Shown here: positions 60,907-64,000 of the stretch, piece after piece | How the letters are laid out: every line of letters starts with the position of its first letter | How positions within the stretch are numbered: the first letter of the stretch is position 1 | From: Balanoglossus misakiensis | Taxonomy: Eukaryota > Animalia > Hemichordata | Assembly (NCBI GenBank): GCA_040954595.2 | Contig: CM082591.2 | Coordinates: 1,897,745-1,961,744, forward strand | Direction: 5' to 3' | Length of the DNA stretch: 64,000 bases | Made by a program: the position numbers and the translations under genes | The notes under the pieces: generated by a model | Databases searched by the model: none | What the model saw: only the letters and a program-made list of their open reading frames with translations | What the model was told of the DNA's origin: nothing

Positions 60907-63341
60907 GTTTTCCTGAGGTGTCTGTCTGTATGTAGCTTTGACTACTTTTCACTCGTGGTCGGCAGGCATGTGTGGTGTACTACAACAACGGTGACACAGA
61001 CATTGACATAATATGCATTTCCCTCATTTACAAACCTCGGCACATTCCATTCGGATAGGATACCCTGCCCCAGTTCCGCCCATCAAAACTCAAACTGCGC
61101 TGGGGATGCTATTTCAACCATATACGCATATATTTTATCATCCTTTGCCAGACTTTGACAGTATTCCCAATTTCTTTTCGATAATTTCGTAAATACGAGC
61201 GGTATGCATTTTGAGCCGTGTGATGCTGTCCACCCCCACGAAACACCATATTCAATAGTCGAAATTGCCATAACTTTCTATGAATGGACGCTGAGGGGGC
61301 CTGAGCAACTAATAGCATTAGTATAATAAATCGGACAAGGACCGTTAAAATGTTTCGCGTTGATGTTTTGTATCAACCAAACAATTACAAATAAGTACAA
61401 TTACATGAAAAGTGTTCCGGAAATCAAAATATTTGTGTCCGAGTACCATGTATTGAGTACCAACCATTTTTTTCTTATCATAGTGTTGTGTAGGGACAAT
61501 AAAAAGTATAACACGTGCGAAATTTCTGCCGTGTCGTGACTGACCGATACATTGTCTGGAAAAGTCCAAAACCATGATCAGAAATTAATTTCTACACAAA
61601 AGTAGAGAAACTTTTTTTAAATAAAAACTGATTTTCCCCGTTTTGGATTTCAGATCGACTATGGGGCGTGGCAGCGGTTTCTATGACGCACTAGTAAATC
61701 ATTTTTAAGGTGACATACCACCACGTGGTTAACAGTTATATTTTGTTACACTGTTAGGAGTAATTTCAAGTTTGGTCACATTTTCCTGTCCTATGGGTCG
61801 ATTTTTGGGTGTTAATGTAACTCTTCATACATTTTCATATAATAATAACAGTTATTTCATTTTGCACTTTCTTGTATACGCTACCGCGGCCTCGTTTCTA
61901 ACTGTTCTGTTCTATCGAACTCGCGTTCAAAGTTCAAACACCTGGCACTGTAGTGTTTGGCTTGTCAACAATCCTGTATGGGTGCATTGAGAGAGCATTG
62001 TGGTTGGACGTCTGACGCAGTTTGTTTTTCAAGTACTCATAGAAGCATAATTAAAAAAAAACGAACTCGAACTCAGGCATGCAGAACAAAAACGTGGAAA
62101 ACTAAGAATTAATTGGTGGAAACTTCATATTTAAGCGAAAAAAACTCACAAAATTCGGGAGTTATATTTCAATGACAACCAACTTTGCTCCGAATGTTTG
62201 CTTTTGCGTCGCTTGGTGGGGAAGTTAAACCGTTCCTTTTTATCAACATTCTTTATTAGTTCCCCTTTTCCTTAACTTTGCACGCAATGGAAATTTCCCG
62301 CTACTCATTATATTCCAGCATTATTCCTGGCAGCATGCCATGCATGTGAGTGTACAAAATGCCAAATGAGAATTTGCCACGCCTTTTCCCGGCGAAGAAT
62401 CGGCCGCCGAACGGGAATAGAGTGCAAATCAACACAAAAACAGTGTCAGTGTACTGTGTCGCGCCGCCGGGTTCAACGACGAGTCTTTAGGTCACAAAGT
62501 TGTTTACAAACAGTGGAACACCTGCTGAAAAGAGGCCAGTGGGTCACGGTCCCTCATGCGGACGCGGTCAAGGCTGAACAACACTAAACACCGGTCCAAA
62601 GCGCTGGGCCAAGGCACGCACCGGTCTTGTCTATGGTCTTGTCGTTTGTGTTCTGAGGCCGGGGTCGATCGCACATGAATCGCAAGCGCAGAGCTTCTAA
62701 AAGAGATCGTCGCGGTACATCACGTGGAGGGCGAACTTGCGTTTCATTTCATTGTGTATGTTGTTAGGGAGCTTTCATTAATTATGGCAGGGGTGGGCTG
62801 GAGGGATGTGGGGGTCAGTGGTACACATAAAAAGACGGTCCCTTCTCCAAGTCCCATCGCTAACTGTTACCCTGCTATTGTCTTTGTTTGTAAAATGTAA
62901 AAACCGTTCAATGGTATTTCCCCAGACCCTTTTCTGGAGAGCAGCGCAAAGGCGTCTGGGTAACCGAGACTAGGCTGTGACGAGAACAGCGCCATCAGCG
63001 TCAGAATGGTGCTGCAAGATGATATCCGGACTGAGTTGTCAACCCGGGGTTGTCAGCCACTTTACGTGAGTTTCTCTCGAAATAGCTGAGGTTTCGCGAG
63101 AGTTTGGGTCCGAACTCTTAAGGTTCTTTGCCCCTCCCTCTTAGTTGTACACTGATGTAGTGCGTTGCAGTGAGTTGTCATATATGCGGTTGAAAGGTGA
63201 AGGCCAGTAGGTTATATTCTGACCTCGGGGAAAACAAATTGTGAAAGGAAAACACCTGAAAGTCGTGTGAGTGAATGAAGGTCGTTCTCACATGTCTCAG
63301 GAAAGACACCTAAATCTGGAGAACGATTCGAACCGACAATT

Positions 63342-63869
63342 ATGGAAGACAAAGTAGCGATCATAACAGGGGGTGCTGGCGGCATCGGAAAAGCACTAGC
63401 GGAAAGATTTCTTCAGGACAGAGCTAAAGTGAGTTGTCGGTGTCTCTTCATGCACAGATAATGTACAATGTAAACTTAATAATGGACACGTACATAAAAT
63501 CATACGCGGATGTCCTGTACCAAATTTCGAACATTTTACGCTTATCATACATCACGCCAGCAGATTAGTTGTTCAATTGTCTTCAAGGAAGAGTATAAAA
63601 TGGCTAAAGTTTTGTGTAAGAGTGCGTGGTCAAGTCTCATGACCTCGGAAGGTCAAGTATTTTTACTTCAACAAGACGGAGTGCGCCCTCATACTACGCA
63701 TTATGTTTTACTTTCAGAAGCCGAGCCACCATGATAAGACGATTACTTGGTAACGATAGAAAATGATTGAAATCTTCAATTACAAAAGCAGATATAAGGA
63801 GAGGCATTGGTAAATTCTACTGCAGATAACAGTAATGTGAAATGACGATAATTATGTGGCTAAAATAGA

Positions 63870-63922
<53 letters not shown>

Positions 63923-64000
63923 TCACTCAGGGCGTTGTCATCGCTGATGTTGCAGATGAAAATGGCGCTGACGTCATCAAAGAGTTCAGGAAACAGTATG
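63342..64000 (+). CDS. HPGD: Classical short-chain dehydrogenase/reductase, 15-hydroxyprostaglandin dehydrogenase-like (5' part; runs off window)
   Basis: Exon 1 63342-63428 MEDKVAIITGGAGGIGKALAERFLQDRAK (Rossmann TGxxxGIG motif), donor GTGAGT. Exon 2 63931->64000 GVVIADVADENGADVIKEFRKQY, with an acidic Asp after beta2 typical of NAD+ preference. From memory, the exon 1 boundary after ...AK resembles HPGD. The SDR call is firm; the HPGD orthology is tentative. Confidence 0.7.
63873..63923 (+). repeat. (CT)n microsatellite forming the polypyrimidine tract of SDR intron 1
   Basis: About 23 CT units ending a few nt before the AG acceptor at 63929-63930. Confidence 0.95.

Overview
Eukaryotic, AT-rich, intron-containing DNA, most likely from an invertebrate animal (inferred from gene structure and repeat style; the species cannot be determined). 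The window is dominated by two paralogous Na+/Cl--dependent SLC6 transporter genes of the GABA/taurine/creatine subfamily in tail-to-tail inverted orientation. Gene A is on + (CDS 18390-37635, 14 coding exons, 660 aa) and gene B is on - (CDS 60906-46302, 14 coding exons, 657 aa). Both have a small 14th exon missed by the ORF track that adds a C-terminal QYISGV PDZ-type motif; without that splice the frame stops at a TAA inside the donor GTAAGT. The paralogs show patchy near-identity extending into introns (candidate gene-conversion tracts) bracketed by differences at substrate-pocket positions. They also share collinear conserved non-coding blocks in intron 1 and the 3' UTRs. A 15-hydroxyprostaglandin dehydrogenase-like SDR gene starts at 63342 (+), divergent from gene B. 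Also present: a ~90-bp TTAA-flanked piggyBac-type MITE family (at least 9 copies or fragments), a degenerate SAP-domain ORF in the spacer, a 51-bp tandem/inverted repeat with four perfect DR5 nuclear-receptor elements, and simple repeats. The first ~18 kb has no recognisable protein gene, only candidate promoter, enhancer and splice signals. All coordinates and alignments were done by eye.
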